Of a stretch of 64,000 nt of DNA, positions 45,303 to 54,999 are shown one piece after another (position 1 is the first letter of the stretch; the number at the start of each line of letters is the position of its first letter). The notes below the pieces were generated by a model that had not been told where the DNA came from, made no database searches, and saw only the letters and a program-made list of their open reading frames with translations. Source of the stretch: Patescibacteria group bacterium (GTDB lineage: Bacteria; Patescibacteriota; Minisyncoccia; Phycocordibacterales; Phycocordibacteraceae); assembly GCA_018971045.1 (NCBI GenBank), contig JAGWVF010000004.1, positions 8,535 to 72,534 on the forward strand, given 5' to 3'. A program made the translations under genes and the position numbers.

Positions 45303-47053
45303 ACGTTCGACGAAGCTGTGGCAGACGCTCGCTCGCTGAGGTTCCGATCGGGCGGCACTCCGTAATAGTCAATCAAATAGTGCACGAGGTCAAGGAACGT
45401 CGAGTCGAGGGTTTCAGACGCGTACTCGACTCCCTTGGGATCGTTGGTATAGAGCAGGATCGCGAACCGTGGAGCATACGAAGGGAAAAATCCGAAAAAT
45501 GAATGGAAATATCGATTGGTATAGTAACCGCCCTTCCCGTCGGTAAGCTGGGCGGTGCCGGTCTTTCCGGCGACGGACATGGTCGGAATCATCGCTTTTC
45601 CGTTCTCAAGCTTCTGGTCGACGAGAGTGGTCATCATTGTCGCCACTTCTTGCGCGGCGGTTTTCGAGAATACGGGCGTCGTTTGACTCCAATCGATAGC
45701 GCGATCAATCCCCGAGTTCAACCGCATCGCCCGCACCAAGTGCGGCTTAACCATCGCGCCGCCGTTCGCGATCGCTCCGAGCGCGCGCATCATCTGTATC
45801 GGCGTTACCGCGATGCCCTGCCCGTAAGCCGCCGTATCGTAACCGATCTGTTGCGGCTTTGAGAGATTTGAAAGGAGCGCGTGCCCTTCATTCGGCAGAT
45901 CGATACCTGTTTTTTGTCCGAAATATTTAGTGAAATAATCATGGAATTTTGCCTTCCCCAGCTGAGTCGCGACCCACGCCGCGCCTACGTTGAGCGACTG
46001 AATGATGATTTGCGGCATCGCGATAACTCCCCGGCCTTTCAAATCCCAGTTGCAAATCGATTTGGTATCAACCGTGATGCAGCCGACATCCGGGTACGTC
46101 GTTTCAGGCGTAACGACTCCGGCGTCGAGTGCGGCCGCCATCGTGAGCGGCTTCATCGTCGAACCGAATTCATACACGTGTTCGACGAGCGGATTGCCGA
46201 GCCGCGCCGGATCGACGTTCTGCAAGTCGTTCGCGTCATACGACGGAACTGAAGCCATCGCGATGATGGCGCCGGTAGCCGGATCCATCACGATGCCGCC
46301 GGTCTCCTTGCTCGCATAGCGTCCATTCACTTTCGCGATATCGCTTTCCAGCCGCGTCTGGACCTCAGGTTCAATCGTCGTGAGCAGATCGCCCTCGCGT
46401 ATATCTTTGGCATTAACGAGCATATTGCCTACATTAGAAAAGAGTTCCGCAAAGAAATTCTTGTAGAGCGCGTCGCCGGACCGCGACAGCGTTCCGTCGT
46501 ACGTAGTTTCGATGCCGGTCTGACCGACAAGCGTATCGCCGGAGCCGTACGACACGATGCCGATCGACGGCGCGGCGAGCGATCCGCCGGGATAGTAGCG
46601 CCAGCTCTCCTTGAGGACCTGCACGCCGGGTATGCCGAGAGCGGCGAGACGCTTCCCGCCGTCGTCTCCGATATGGTGAGCGACTTCGATATACACCTGT
46701 TGTTTCTTCGCGGCCGCGGCGAGAAAAGCGTCGTGCGTCAGGGTTGACGAGGACACGGCGCTGATGGCCGCATAAGCTGCCTCCGGATCCCGGATCGTCT
46801 GAGGGTTGATTGCGGCGAGAAACCCGGTCGAGAGCGTCGCCGCCGATATCAGAGCTCCGTCTTTTCGGGTAAAGAAGATCGAGCCGCGATCAAAGAGTCC
46901 GCTGCCGCCGGAAGCGAATTGCCGGTCGGCTCTTTCCGCGTACTCATCGCCGTGCACGATTTGAATGAAATAGAGGCGAACGATCACCGCGAGAGTGATG
47001 AACGCGATAATACCGAACGCGATGCGGATGCGGATGCGGAACTGCGCGCGCAT
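45299..47053 (-). CDS. ftsI: Class B penicillin-binding protein FtsI
   Basis: RGSI, GSTMK (SxxK), SLN, GKTGTAQ; in the mraZ-rsmH operon. Confidence 0.9.
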   Translation of the reverse strand: MRAQFRIRIRIAFGIIAFITLAVIVRLYFIQIVHGDEYAERADRQFASGGSGLFDRGSIFFTRKDGALISAATLSTGFLAAINPQTIRDPEAAYAAISAVSSSTLTHDAFLAAAAKKQQVYIEVAHHIGDDGGKRLAALGIPGVQVLKESWRYYPGGSLAAPSIGIVSYGSGDTLVGQTGIETTYDGTLSRSGDALYKNFFAELFSNVGNMLVNAKDIREGDLLTTIEPEVQTRLESDIAKVNGRYASKETGGIVMDPATGAIIAMASVPSYDANDLQNVDPARLGNPLVEHVYEFGSTMKPLTMAAALDAGVVTPETTYPDVGCITVDTKSICNWDLKGRGVIAMPQIIIQSLNVGAAWVATQLGKAKFHDYFTKYFGQKTGIDLPNEGHALLSNLSKPQQIGYDTAAYGQGIAVTPIQMMRALGAIANGGAMVKPHLVRAMRLNSGIDRAIDWSQTTPVFSKTAAQEVATMMTTLVDQKLENGKAMIPTMSVAGKTGTAQLTDGKGGYYTNRYFHSFFGFFPSYAPRFAILLYTNDPKGVEYASETLDSTFLDLVHYLIDYYGVPPDRNLSERASATASSNV

Positions 47054-47056
47054 ACC

Positions 47057-47344
47057 TTAGCGAACAGCCGTCACGCTTTTTGCGGGAACGTAGAGTTTCG
47101 CCGAAGGCAGAGCGTAACCGTCGGCGGCGTAATCTGTATCCGTGATGGCCGCTATGGATGCGAGATATCGCGAATCGAGCGCGGCGACGCTCGATTCGTC
47201 ATTCTTGATCGATTGCGAGAACTCGATCGTGAGCGACGCATAGCTCATGACTACGGCGATAAGGCCGATATATACGACAAAGAGGCCGCTTACGATCCCC
47301 GCGCACCACTGAAGCAGGGAAATGTTTTTAAACGGCATACGCAT
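47057..47344 (-). CDS. FtsL-like single-TM protein
   Basis: TM plus short coiled coil; positioned between rsmH and ftsI. Confidence 0.6.
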   Translation of the reverse strand: MRMPFKNISLLQWCAGIVSGLFVVYIGLIAVVMSYASLTIEFSQSIKNDESSVAALDSRYLASIAAITDTDYAADGYALPSAKLYVPAKSVTAVR

Positions 47345-48281
47345 AAGCGGTTGCGGGATGCGCTGAATCGAGCAAGGGGACGGCGACAGAACGCTCGAAA
47401 ACGCGGAGCTTCGCGCTGCGAGCGCGCCGATTCGTAAGAATTTCCCGGTGAGTAGGAATGATGGGTTTTTTTGGTTCAAGCGAGCCGATTCCGGCGGCGG
47501 CCGCTTCGCGCAAAATGGCCTTTACGATGCGGTCTTCGATGCTGTGGAACGTGATCACCGCGAGCCGTCCGCCCGGAGCGAGCGCGAGAAGCGCCGCCGC
47601 AAGCCCTTCGCGCAAACTTCCGATCTCGTCATTCACCGCGATGCGGAGCGCCTGAAAGCTTTTCGTCGCCGGATGAAGCTTCTTTCTGCGGTACCAAGCG
47701 GGAACGCCCGCCTCGATCGCCGCGACAAGCGCTCCCGTCGTCAAGATCCGCTCTTTCGTGCGAGCGGCGACGATCGATTTCGCAATACCGCGCGCGAACC
47801 GCTCTTCGCCGTAAATGAAGAGCATGTCGGCGAGCTCTTGTTCGGAAGCGGTGTTCACGATATCAGCCGCCGTGTCGCCGCTCTCGCTGTACGTCATGAT
47901 CAGCGGATCATCGCTTTGGAATGAAAATCCGCGCGGCGCCGCGATTTGATATCCGCTCCACCCCAGATCAAAAAGAAACGCGTCGACCGACCCGATACCG
48001 AGCCGCTCGAGAATGCGCGCGAGGTTGCGGAAATTGTCGTTGATGAGATGCGTGATGGGGCGCTCCGGGCGCCGATCGAGCGCAAAGGCTTCGCGGGCGC
48101 GTTCGACGGCGGCCGAATCGGCGTCAATACCCACGATCACGCCGCCCTCGCCAAGAGCTGAGAGGAGCTCCGAGAAGTGTCCGGCTCCGCCGAGCGTCGC
48201 ATCAACGACCGTGTCGCCGGACTTCACGACAAGAGCATCGATCACTTCCCGCATCAGAACGCTGTCATGCTTCGCTTCCAT
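47328..48281 (-). CDS. rsmH: 16S rRNA m4C1402 methyltransferase
   Basis: H.SV...EV, DATLG.AGH, DLG.S..Q, FQALRIAVN.E, FHS.EDR, RSAKLR. Confidence 0.96.
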   Translation of the reverse strand: MEAKHDSVLMREVIDALVVKSGDTVVDATLGGAGHFSELLSALGEGGVIVGIDADSAAVERAREAFALDRRPERPITHLINDNFRNLARILERLGIGSVDAFLFDLGWSGYQIAAPRGFSFQSDDPLIMTYSESGDTAADIVNTASEQELADMLFIYGEERFARGIAKSIVAARTKERILTTGALVAAIEAGVPAWYRRKKLHPATKSFQALRIAVNDEIGSLREGLAAALLALAPGGRLAVITFHSIEDRIVKAILREAAAAGIGSLEPKKPIIPTHREILTNRRARSAKLRVFERSVAVPLLDSAHPATAYAYAV

Positions 48282-48282
48282 A

Positions 48283-48708
48283 TCATTTGGTATCAACTTT
48301 CTCGGCAAACGATTCGGCGTCGCGTTCGATTGCCGCGGTGTACGCCTTCCACGCTCCCTCCTCCCAGATCTCGACCCGATCCGCGACGCCGGCAATAATC
48401 ACGCTCTCTTTCAAAGCGGCATAAACCTTCAAATGTTCGGGAATGAGCACGCGCCCCGACTTATCGACCTCGACCTCAAAGGAACCGGCGAGAAAAAGCC
48501 GCGCAAGGCCGCGGCGCGCGGCACCCCCATTAGCGTCTGCGGCATGAAGCTTCGCCTCTTTCTCCCACGCTCTGCGCGAGAACACGTACAAGCAATGATC
48601 AAGGCCGCGCGTTATGACAACGGCGCGGCCGAGATCCTTCCGAAATTTCGAAGGCACCGAGATTCGGTTTTTGACATCAAAAGTGTGTAGGTATTCTCCG
48701 AGGAACAT
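48283..48708 (-). CDS. mraZ: Division/cell wall cluster repressor MraZ
   Basis: MF.GEY.H..D.K.R...P..FR, second D..GR..IP. Confidence 0.95.
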   Translation of the reverse strand: MFLGEYLHTFDVKNRISVPSKFRKDLGRAVVITRGLDHCLYVFSRRAWEKEAKLHAADANGGAARRGLARLFLAGSFEVEVDKSGRVLIPEHLKVYAALKESVIIAGVADRVEIWEEGAWKAYTAAIERDAESFAEKVDTK

Positions 48709-48730
48709 AGTGGCTATGGTGAGATCCTGC

Positions 48731-48820
48731 GGGAGACTCGCCACCACTCGAGTCTCCCACTTCACTTACCATAAGTGGATTATATCCCACTCTGCCCCAC
48801 CGCGAAAACCATTATCCACA
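48731..48820 (-). promoter_or_regulatory. mraZ promoter: MraZ-type GTGGG repeats, -10 box, UTR hairpin, DnaA box
   Basis: CCCAC at 48756, 48786, 48796 (10-bp phase); minus-strand TATAAT 48779-48784; 10-bp inverted repeat 48731-48758; TTATCCACA 48812-48820. Confidence 0.65.
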
Positions 48821-48943
48821 CACCTGAAACCCGGACGATTTTAAGGTTGTTCTAGTGGGTAGAAAGCACCTTGGAGCCTTTTCTAGAGACACGTACTTGT
48901 CTCGCTGGTTCGACCGAATCAGCTTAGCCATCACCGTTTCCCT

Positions 48944-49123
48944 ATGAAAATACTCCGCGCATTGGGGCTTGGGATCTTTTTGGCCACCGTACTTCTCTTT
49001 ATGCCGGCCGTCTTTGCGGAGCTCTCAAAGACGCTCATCATCTTCTTGAAGAGTGCTCAGCAGTCCTTCGCCGCCGCCGGTATTCTCGCCTCGTACGCGA
49101 GCCATCTCCCACCTCCCCGATAA
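48944..49123 (+). CDS. 59-aa small membrane protein (not in ORF track)
   Basis: Manual translation MKILRALGLGIFLATVLLFMPAVFAELSKTLIIFLKSAQQSFAAAGILASYASHLPPPR; terminator directly after. Confidence 0.65.
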   Translation: MKILRALGLGIFLATVLLFMPAVFAELSKTLIIFLKSAQQSFAAAGILASYASHLPPPR

Positions 49124-49126
49124 ATC

Positions 49127-49157
49127 AAAAGCCGTCCTACTACTCGAGGACGGCTTT
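49127..49157. terminator. Bidirectional terminator (small ORF and lysS)
   Basis: AAAAGCCGTCCT-N8-AGGACGGCTTT. Confidence 0.75.
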
Positions 49158-49186
49158 CGTCGGCATAGTAGTAAAAGTATACCTCC

Positions 49187-50641
49187 CTACCGTGGACGCA
49201 GGAGCGGGAAAATCTGCGCTTCTCGGATTGACACGCCCTCGAGAGTGCTGAAGAGCCGCTCCGAAACGCCGAAACCGAACGTTGGCGGCATGCCGTATTC
49301 CATCGCTTCGACGTAGTCAGCGTCGTTCATCTGCGCTTCGTCGTCGCCCGCGTCGCGAAGATTCTGTTGGCGGGTGAAGCGGCCGGCCTGGTCGACGGGA
49401 TCATTGAGCTCGCTGAATCCTTTCCCCATCTCTGATCCCGCAAGAATCACCTGAAAGCGCTCGACGACCCGCGGATCCTTCGAGTTGCGCTTCGCTAACG
49501 TCTCCATGTAGACCGGAACGTTCACGAGGAAACCGGGGCCGCCCAGAGTCTTCCGGATCTGTTTCCAGAGGAGATCAACGCCGCGCTCGAGATTAAAGCC
49601 GTTCGCATCATACGCAAGATGCTTCGCGTCGAGTACCGCGCGCGCCTCTTCCGCTGACGTCGCGAGCGGATCGAGACCGTACTCTTTCTTTATCAATTCG
49701 CAAAAATCATACGCCTGCCACTCTGCGTCGAGATCGATTTCGAAGCCTTTAATCGTGAAGTTTCGCGTCCCGTACGTCTCATCCGCAACGAAGCGATACA
49801 GCTCTTTGACCATCTCCATTCCCGTTTCGTAGTTCTCGAATGCTTCGTAAAATTCAATCTGCGTGTAATCCTGCGCGTGTTCCGCCGACATTCCTTCATT
49901 CCGAAAGATGCGCCCAATTTCAAATGTTTTCGGAAGGCCGGCCACCATGAGCCGCTTCTGCCAAAGTTCGCCGGCCGAGATGCGCAGGTATACATCCATA
50001 TCAAGCGCGCGGTGGCGAGTCGCGAAGGGGCGCGCATCGGCTCCGCCAGTCGTCGTCTCGAGTACGGGCGTCTCGACTTCGACAAAGCCGCGATCAAGGA
50101 GGAATCGGCGAAAACTGTTCCAGAACACCGAACGGCGCTTCACGCGCTCTGCAAGATCCTCGGTAAGGAGGATGTCGAGATACCGCTTGCGGAAACGCTC
50201 GTCTTCGTCTTTAATTCCGAACCACTCGTCGGGCAGAGGGCGGAGCGACTTCGCGAGCATCCGCCAGCTCGAGACGTCAAGGGACCGCTGTCCGCGTTTC
50301 GTGGTGTAGGCGACGCCGCGGCATTCGATGAAATCGCCCTGATCGACCGTGTCGAGAAAGAGATCGTACGCCGCTCCGAGCTTTTCCGTCTGGAGATATC
50401 CCTGCACTTTTTCTCCGTCAAAAAGATCAACGAAAAGAGCGCCGCCGTGTCCGCGCACGGAGAGTATCCGGCCCGCAAGAGTAACCGATTCCTGCGATTG
50501 TTCAAATGCCGCGTACTCCTTTAAGAACGCTTCAATCGTATGCGTACGATTCGTTGCGGCCGGATACGCTTCCATCCCCGCCGCTTTGAGTTTCTCAATC
50601 TTCGCGAGCCGCTCGGCCCGTACCGTGTCGAGGAGAGACAT
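49187..50641 (-). CDS. lysS: Lysine--tRNA ligase (class II)
   Basis: OB fold, R.RYLD, EVETP.L, GA.ARPF.T, FRNEG, YGMPP..G.G. Confidence 0.97.
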   Translation of the reverse strand: MSLLDTVRAERLAKIEKLKAAGMEAYPAATNRTHTIEAFLKEYAAFEQSQESVTLAGRILSVRGHGGALFVDLFDGEKVQGYLQTEKLGAAYDLFLDTVDQGDFIECRGVAYTTKRGQRSLDVSSWRMLAKSLRPLPDEWFGIKDEDERFRKRYLDILLTEDLAERVKRRSVFWNSFRRFLLDRGFVEVETPVLETTTGGADARPFATRHRALDMDVYLRISAGELWQKRLMVAGLPKTFEIGRIFRNEGMSAEHAQDYTQIEFYEAFENYETGMEMVKELYRFVADETYGTRNFTIKGFEIDLDAEWQAYDFCELIKKEYGLDPLATSAEEARAVLDAKHLAYDANGFNLERGVDLLWKQIRKTLGGPGFLVNVPVYMETLAKRNSKDPRVVERFQVILAGSEMGKGFSELNDPVDQAGRFTRQQNLRDAGDDEAQMNDADYVEAMEYGMPPTFGFGVSERLFSTLEGVSIREAQIFPLLRPR

Positions 50642-50667
50642 ACGAAGATACTCTAGCACGAGCCGGC

Positions 50668-51141
50668 CTAGCTCACCTTCTCGATCGTATATGTCTGTCT
50701 GCCCGACGGAGTTTCGAATGTGAAGACATCGCCCTTCTTCTTCCCCATCAAGGCGGCGCCCAAGGGCGAGACGTGCGAGAGCTTCTTCACCCGCATGTCG
50801 GCCTCCTCGCTCCCGACGATCGTATATTCGTGAACTTCGTTATTTCCTTCGCGCTTGATCGCGACGATGGAATTGAAGCTCACTTCATTTTTCTTCTTCC
50901 CGTCCGTGAGAATCTTGGTGTTCTTCACGAGTTCTTCAAGCTTCTTGATGCGCTCCTCGGTCGCGGCCTGCAGATCCCGCGCCTCCTGATACTCGGCGTT
51001 CTCCGAGAGGTCGCCGAGCGATCGAGCATACTCGAGATTCTTTGCGATCTCGGTGCGCCGCACTGTTTTTAAATGTTCGAGCTCTTTCACCATCTCGTCG
51101 AATTTCTCCTGCGAGACAAAAGTTTCTTGTGCGTCAGCCAT
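50668..51141 (-). CDS. greA: Transcription elongation factor GreA
   Basis: GDLSENAEY, IVGS.EA, SPLG.AL.GK. Confidence 0.96.
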   Translation of the reverse strand: MADAQETFVSQEKFDEMVKELEHLKTVRRTEIAKNLEYARSLGDLSENAEYQEARDLQAATEERIKKLEELVKNTKILTDGKKKNEVSFNSIVAIKREGNNEVHEYTIVGSEEADMRVKKLSHVSPLGAALMGKKKGDVFTFETPSGRQTYTIEKVS

Positions 51142-51193
51142 ATTCGTTCGAGTATTGTACGTGCCCTGATATATTACGCAAGTGTTACGTTCG

Positions 51194-52882
51194 TCAACGC
51201 GAAGCCGTCGTCGAAGCGCCGCCGACATAGGGAGAGTTTTGAGTATGCAACGTATCGAAGAATCGCGCCATCACGTTCACCGATTGTTCGCCTGCGCCCT
51301 GTGGCCCGCGCTCAAGCACGACCGCGAAGGCGTATTGCGGATGATCATACGGGAAGAATCCCACCACCCACGAATTGTCATACTGATTCTTCGTTCCGGT
51401 CTGTGCCGTACCCGTCTTCGCGGCAACCGAAATATACGGGAGATTGATCGCACCCGCGAGCGCGCTCGTCACGCCCAGGCGCATGCCGGAGCGCGCCACC
51501 GCGAGCTGATTCGGATCAACCGGAATTGTCGTGAAAGTCGCCGGCGTATCCGCGAGCAGAGTCGGCGTGTAGAGGGTGCCGCCGTTCGCGATCGCGGCCG
51601 TCGCGCGCGCCATCTGAATCGGCGTTACCTGCATCGCGTATTGTCCGATTGCCGTAAAATAAGTGTCGCCGAGATACCACGGCTCGTGGAAAGTCGCCTG
51701 CTTCCACGCCGGCGTAGGGACAAGCCCCTGAGCCTCGCCGGAGAGGTCTATGCCGGTCGTGCTGCCGAGGCCGAAAGTGCGATACCAGTAATCGAGTCGA
51801 TCGATGCCCAGGCCTTTCTGATTTTTAAAACCGCCGCCGACAGTGTAGAAAAAAATGTCAGAGGACCAAGCGATCGCCTTTTCGACATCCACGGGGCCGA
51901 GCGCCTTCCATCCGGTATACACGTATTTCTTTCCGGGATTGTAAGGGTCGTCAATCGAGATCAACCCAGGATCGTTGATGACGGTGCTCGGCGTAATAAT
52001 GCCGTCCGTGAGCGCTCCGGAAGCGACGATCGGTTTCACGATCGATCCGGGCGCATACACGCCTTGCACGGCGTGATCGAGATACGGCCGTCCGGGATTC
52101 GCGCCATAGCTTTCGATAAGATTCGCCGGCCCTCCGCTCGCCATCACATTTGAATCGTAGGTCGGCCACGAGACGAGCGCCCGAACGGCGCCGCTTCTGA
52201 CGTCAAGAATGACGCCGGCGCCGGCGAGAAAGCGTTGCGCATCGGCGATGTCAGATATCGCGCCAAAGAGCGCCTGCTCGAGCGTTACGTCGATCGATAA
52301 TTTGAGCGTTCCTCCTTCTTTTGCCGGAACGACGCTTCCTTGCGAGCGAATATTCCCGAGCGCGTCCGTCTCCGAGAGGAGCTGGCCGTTCTGTCCCGCA
52401 AGAAGAGCGTCATACTCCGCCTCGAGGCCCGTCACGCCGGTTTCGTTCGTAGTATAGTAGACGCCGTGAATATCTTTTTTCGGATACGTGACGTATCCGA
52501 GTACCTGACTGAGCGACGGATACGCGTAGCTGCGGATCATCGTGCCGTCCCCCTTTTCGATGTTTTCGGCGAGCACGGTTCCGTGCATGTCGGTAATGAC
52601 GCCGCGCGGCGCAAAAAGAGTGACCACCGAGAGAACGTTGTGGGCGCTCCGTTCGGCGAATGCGGGGCCGTGCACGATCTCTCTATCCCAAGCGCGGGCG
52701 ACGAGCACGAACATGAGAATCGTCAAGCCGGCGAGGACGCCGAAGAACGTCGAACGCGGCAACGGCGATTCCAGCCTTCCTTCGAAACGCGCGCGATCAA
52801 ATTCCGACACGTTCGTCGCGTCAAGAAAAATGTCTTCCGGAGCAATCTCAGAATTTCGCCGCCGTGTTCGTCGCCAGAGCAT
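51194..52882 (-). CDS. mrdA: Penicillin-binding protein 2
   Basis: APRG.I.D, PGSIVK, SSD, KTGTAQ; follows mreBCD. Confidence 0.9.
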   Translation of the reverse strand: MLWRRTRRRNSEIAPEDIFLDATNVSEFDRARFEGRLESPLPRSTFFGVLAGLTILMFVLVARAWDREIVHGPAFAERSAHNVLSVVTLFAPRGVITDMHGTVLAENIEKGDGTMIRSYAYPSLSQVLGYVTYPKKDIHGVYYTTNETGVTGLEAEYDALLAGQNGQLLSETDALGNIRSQGSVVPAKEGGTLKLSIDVTLEQALFGAISDIADAQRFLAGAGVILDVRSGAVRALVSWPTYDSNVMASGGPANLIESYGANPGRPYLDHAVQGVYAPGSIVKPIVASGALTDGIITPSTVINDPGLISIDDPYNPGKKYVYTGWKALGPVDVEKAIAWSSDIFFYTVGGGFKNQKGLGIDRLDYWYRTFGLGSTTGIDLSGEAQGLVPTPAWKQATFHEPWYLGDTYFTAIGQYAMQVTPIQMARATAAIANGGTLYTPTLLADTPATFTTIPVDPNQLAVARSGMRLGVTSALAGAINLPYISVAAKTGTAQTGTKNQYDNSWVVGFFPYDHPQYAFAVVLERGPQGAGEQSVNVMARFFDTLHTQNSPYVGGASTTASR

Positions 52883-53130
52883 CAGATGATCATACCCGTT
52901 CGCAGTCGACTGCGCACGAAAGAGAGTGCGCCCGCCGCGATCGCTCCGTACAGCGTAAACTTCGGAGCGGTATGAAGCGCGGGAGTGTAGTAGAACATAT
53001 CGGCGAAGATGCCGACGGCGAGCGGCACGAGCGGCTCCATCATCCCGCCAAGCAACGCGAGAAGCGCCGTGCACGGCCACGGTAAATAGAGCGCTGAGAG
53101 AAATGAGAACAGGATGAGACCGGCGATCAT
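52882..53130 (-). CDS. Short MreD-like membrane protein
   Basis: Hydrophobic, G...D motif, stop/start overlaps with mreC and mrdA. Confidence 0.55.
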   Translation of the reverse strand: MIAGLILFSFLSALYLPWPCTALLALLGGMMEPLVPLAVGIFADMFYYTPALHTAPKFTLYGAIAAGALSFVRSRLRTGMII

Positions 53131-53975
53131 AGGAGCGTCGAGGTCGCGCACAGAAGCGCGTCGCGGAGCGACGCGCCGGTATCGCGCACCAGCATTTCGG
53201 TGATCGAAAACGGATTGGCTGCGGGCATGACGCGAAGCGTCATTGAAGGCGAGGTAGGGTCGCTATCGATGCGAACAACCTTCCCCAAGGGAGCCATGCC
53301 GAGGCCGAAAACCGTGTCGCCGACGCTGACATTCGCGGCGCGCGCGACCGAGGCAATCAGCGCTCCCGCGCCTGCGCCGACAAGCGAGAGAGGAGTGTGC
53401 AGAGAACCGACCCAGGCAGACGTCTGAACGCCGGGGGAGGAATAGAGCGTAATGCGCGCGAAATCGGCCGTAACGGTCGAGACGACGCCGACGGGAACAC
53501 CCATGCTCGACGTAGCGTTCGCAAGCGCGAATGCGGTCATGCCGAGCTTCAATCCGGTCCGAGTCCCGCCGGCGACAAGAAGCGTGTCATACGGACTTTC
53601 CGGCGGATGAGCGAGCACGTCGACGGGAATCGGTGCGGCGGATAATCCTCCCGGTACGCCGAACAGTGTCTGCAAATCAGACGTTTTCTGAAGCAATGAT
53701 TGATTCTCGAGTGCGAGCTCGGCGTTCTCTCTTTGCAATTGCTCGTTCTGAAGCGCGAGAGCGGCGCGATCGCCAAAACTCGAGAGGAGTTTGTGGCTCT
53801 CGCTCGCGAGCGCTTCAGAGGTTCGCAGTACCGGCGCGAAAAGCTTCCAGAAAAAATTCGGCGCCGCGAGCCGTATCGCGAGCAGAAGCAATACAAAGGC
53901 TAACGCATACTTCCCCCGCGAGAAGCTCCCGGGTGCGAGCAGCGCATTACGCCTCGTTAAGAAAGTCTTCTTCAT
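53127..53975 (-). CDS. mreC: Rod shape-determining protein MreC
   Basis: TM, coiled coil (ENxxL), beta domains (PYD.L....G...G); directly after mreB. Confidence 0.85.
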   Translation of the reverse strand: MKKTFLTRRNALLAPGSFSRGKYALAFVLLLLAIRLAAPNFFWKLFAPVLRTSEALASESHKLLSSFGDRAALALQNEQLQRENAELALENQSLLQKTSDLQTLFGVPGGLSAAPIPVDVLAHPPESPYDTLLVAGGTRTGLKLGMTAFALANATSSMGVPVGVVSTVTADFARITLYSSPGVQTSAWVGSLHTPLSLVGAGAGALIASVARAANVSVGDTVFGLGMAPLGKVVRIDSDPTSPSMTLRVMPAANPFSITEMLVRDTGASLRDALLCATSTLL

Positions 53976-54999
53976 CGATAAAGAAATCCGCAAAAGGCTC
54001 CGGATTTTCCGTCACGATACCGGCGCCGCGCACCACCGATGAAAGCGGATCGGGCGCCACGCGCACCGGCACCCCGAGCATTTTGGCGAGAATCTGCGGC
54101 AAGCCGCGCAGAAGCGCTCCCCCGCCGAAGACGGTAACCCCGCGCTCGAGTACGTCGGAAAGGATCTCAGGCGGCGTTCCTTCGATCACCTCTTTCATCG
54201 TGTCGAGGAGCGCGTCGAGCGACGGCGCGAGCGCTTCGCGAATGTGCGCGTCGGTGAGCGTTATTTCGCGCGGCAACCCGGTCGCGAAGTCGCGCCCGCG
54301 AACGGTGTGCGACAGAGAATCGGGCTGCGGCGTCACGGCACCGATGGCAATCTTCACGTCCTCGGCCGTGCGTTCTCCGATTCCGAGTTTGAATTCGCTT
54401 CGAACGAAATCGATGATGTTTTCATTGAAACGATCGCCCGCCACTTGAGAGCTCTTCGCGGCAACGACGCCTTTCAGAGCGATGATGGCGATGTCAGTCG
54501 TGCCGCCGCCGATATCGAGCACCATCGTGCCGACCGCGTCGTGCACCGGCAGCTTACTGCCGATGGCCCCGGCGACCGTCTCTTCGAGAATAATCGTCTC
54601 GCGCGCGCCGGCGTTCTTCGCGGCATCGCGCACGGCGCGGCTCTGAACGTTCGTCACTCCGGTCGGCACTCCGATCACCACGCGCGGGCCAAAGAGCCGT
54701 ATTCGGCCGTTCTGCGCTTTGTTGATGAGATAGGTCAGCAGTTCCTGCGTCACCTCAAAATCAGAGATGACCCCGTGAGAGAGCGGGCGCACGGTGCGGA
54801 TGTGAGGAGGCGTTTTACCGAGCATCGCTCGCGCTCCTGCGCCAACCGCGACGACTTGGTGCGTTTTGTCATTGACCGCGACGACCGAGGGTTCCGTGAT
54901 CACCACGCCCCGTCCGCGCACGTACACGAGCGTGTTCGCCGTCCCAAGATCGATCGCGATGTCGCTGCTGAAGAGAAGGCTTTTTGAAAAACGCTTCAT
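53947..54999 (-). CDS. mreB: Rod shape-determining protein MreB (operonic copy)
   Basis: IDLGTANT, EPSVVA, GVI.DF, DIGGGTT, GGGALL. Confidence 0.95.
   Translation of the reverse strand: MKRFSKSLLFSSDIAIDLGTANTLVYVRGRGVVITEPSVVAVNDKTHQVVAVGAGARAMLGKTPPHIRTVRPLSHGVISDFEVTQELLTYLINKAQNGRIRLFGPRVVIGVPTGVTNVQSRAVRDAAKNAGARETIILEETVAGAIGSKLPVHDAVGTMVLDIGGGTTDIAIIALKGVVAAKSSQVAGDRFNENIIDFVRSEFKLGIGERTAEDVKIAIGAVTPQPDSLSHTVRGRDFATGLPREITLTDAHIREALAPSLDALLDTMKEVIEGTPPEILSDVLERGVTVFGGGALLRGLPQILAKMLGVPVRVAPDPLSSVVRGAGIVTENPEPFADFFIDEEDFLNEA

Noticed and set aside
48770-48943. oriC at the DnaA box
   Set aside because: Only one clear box, no AT-rich unwinding element and no dnaA/dnaN nearby
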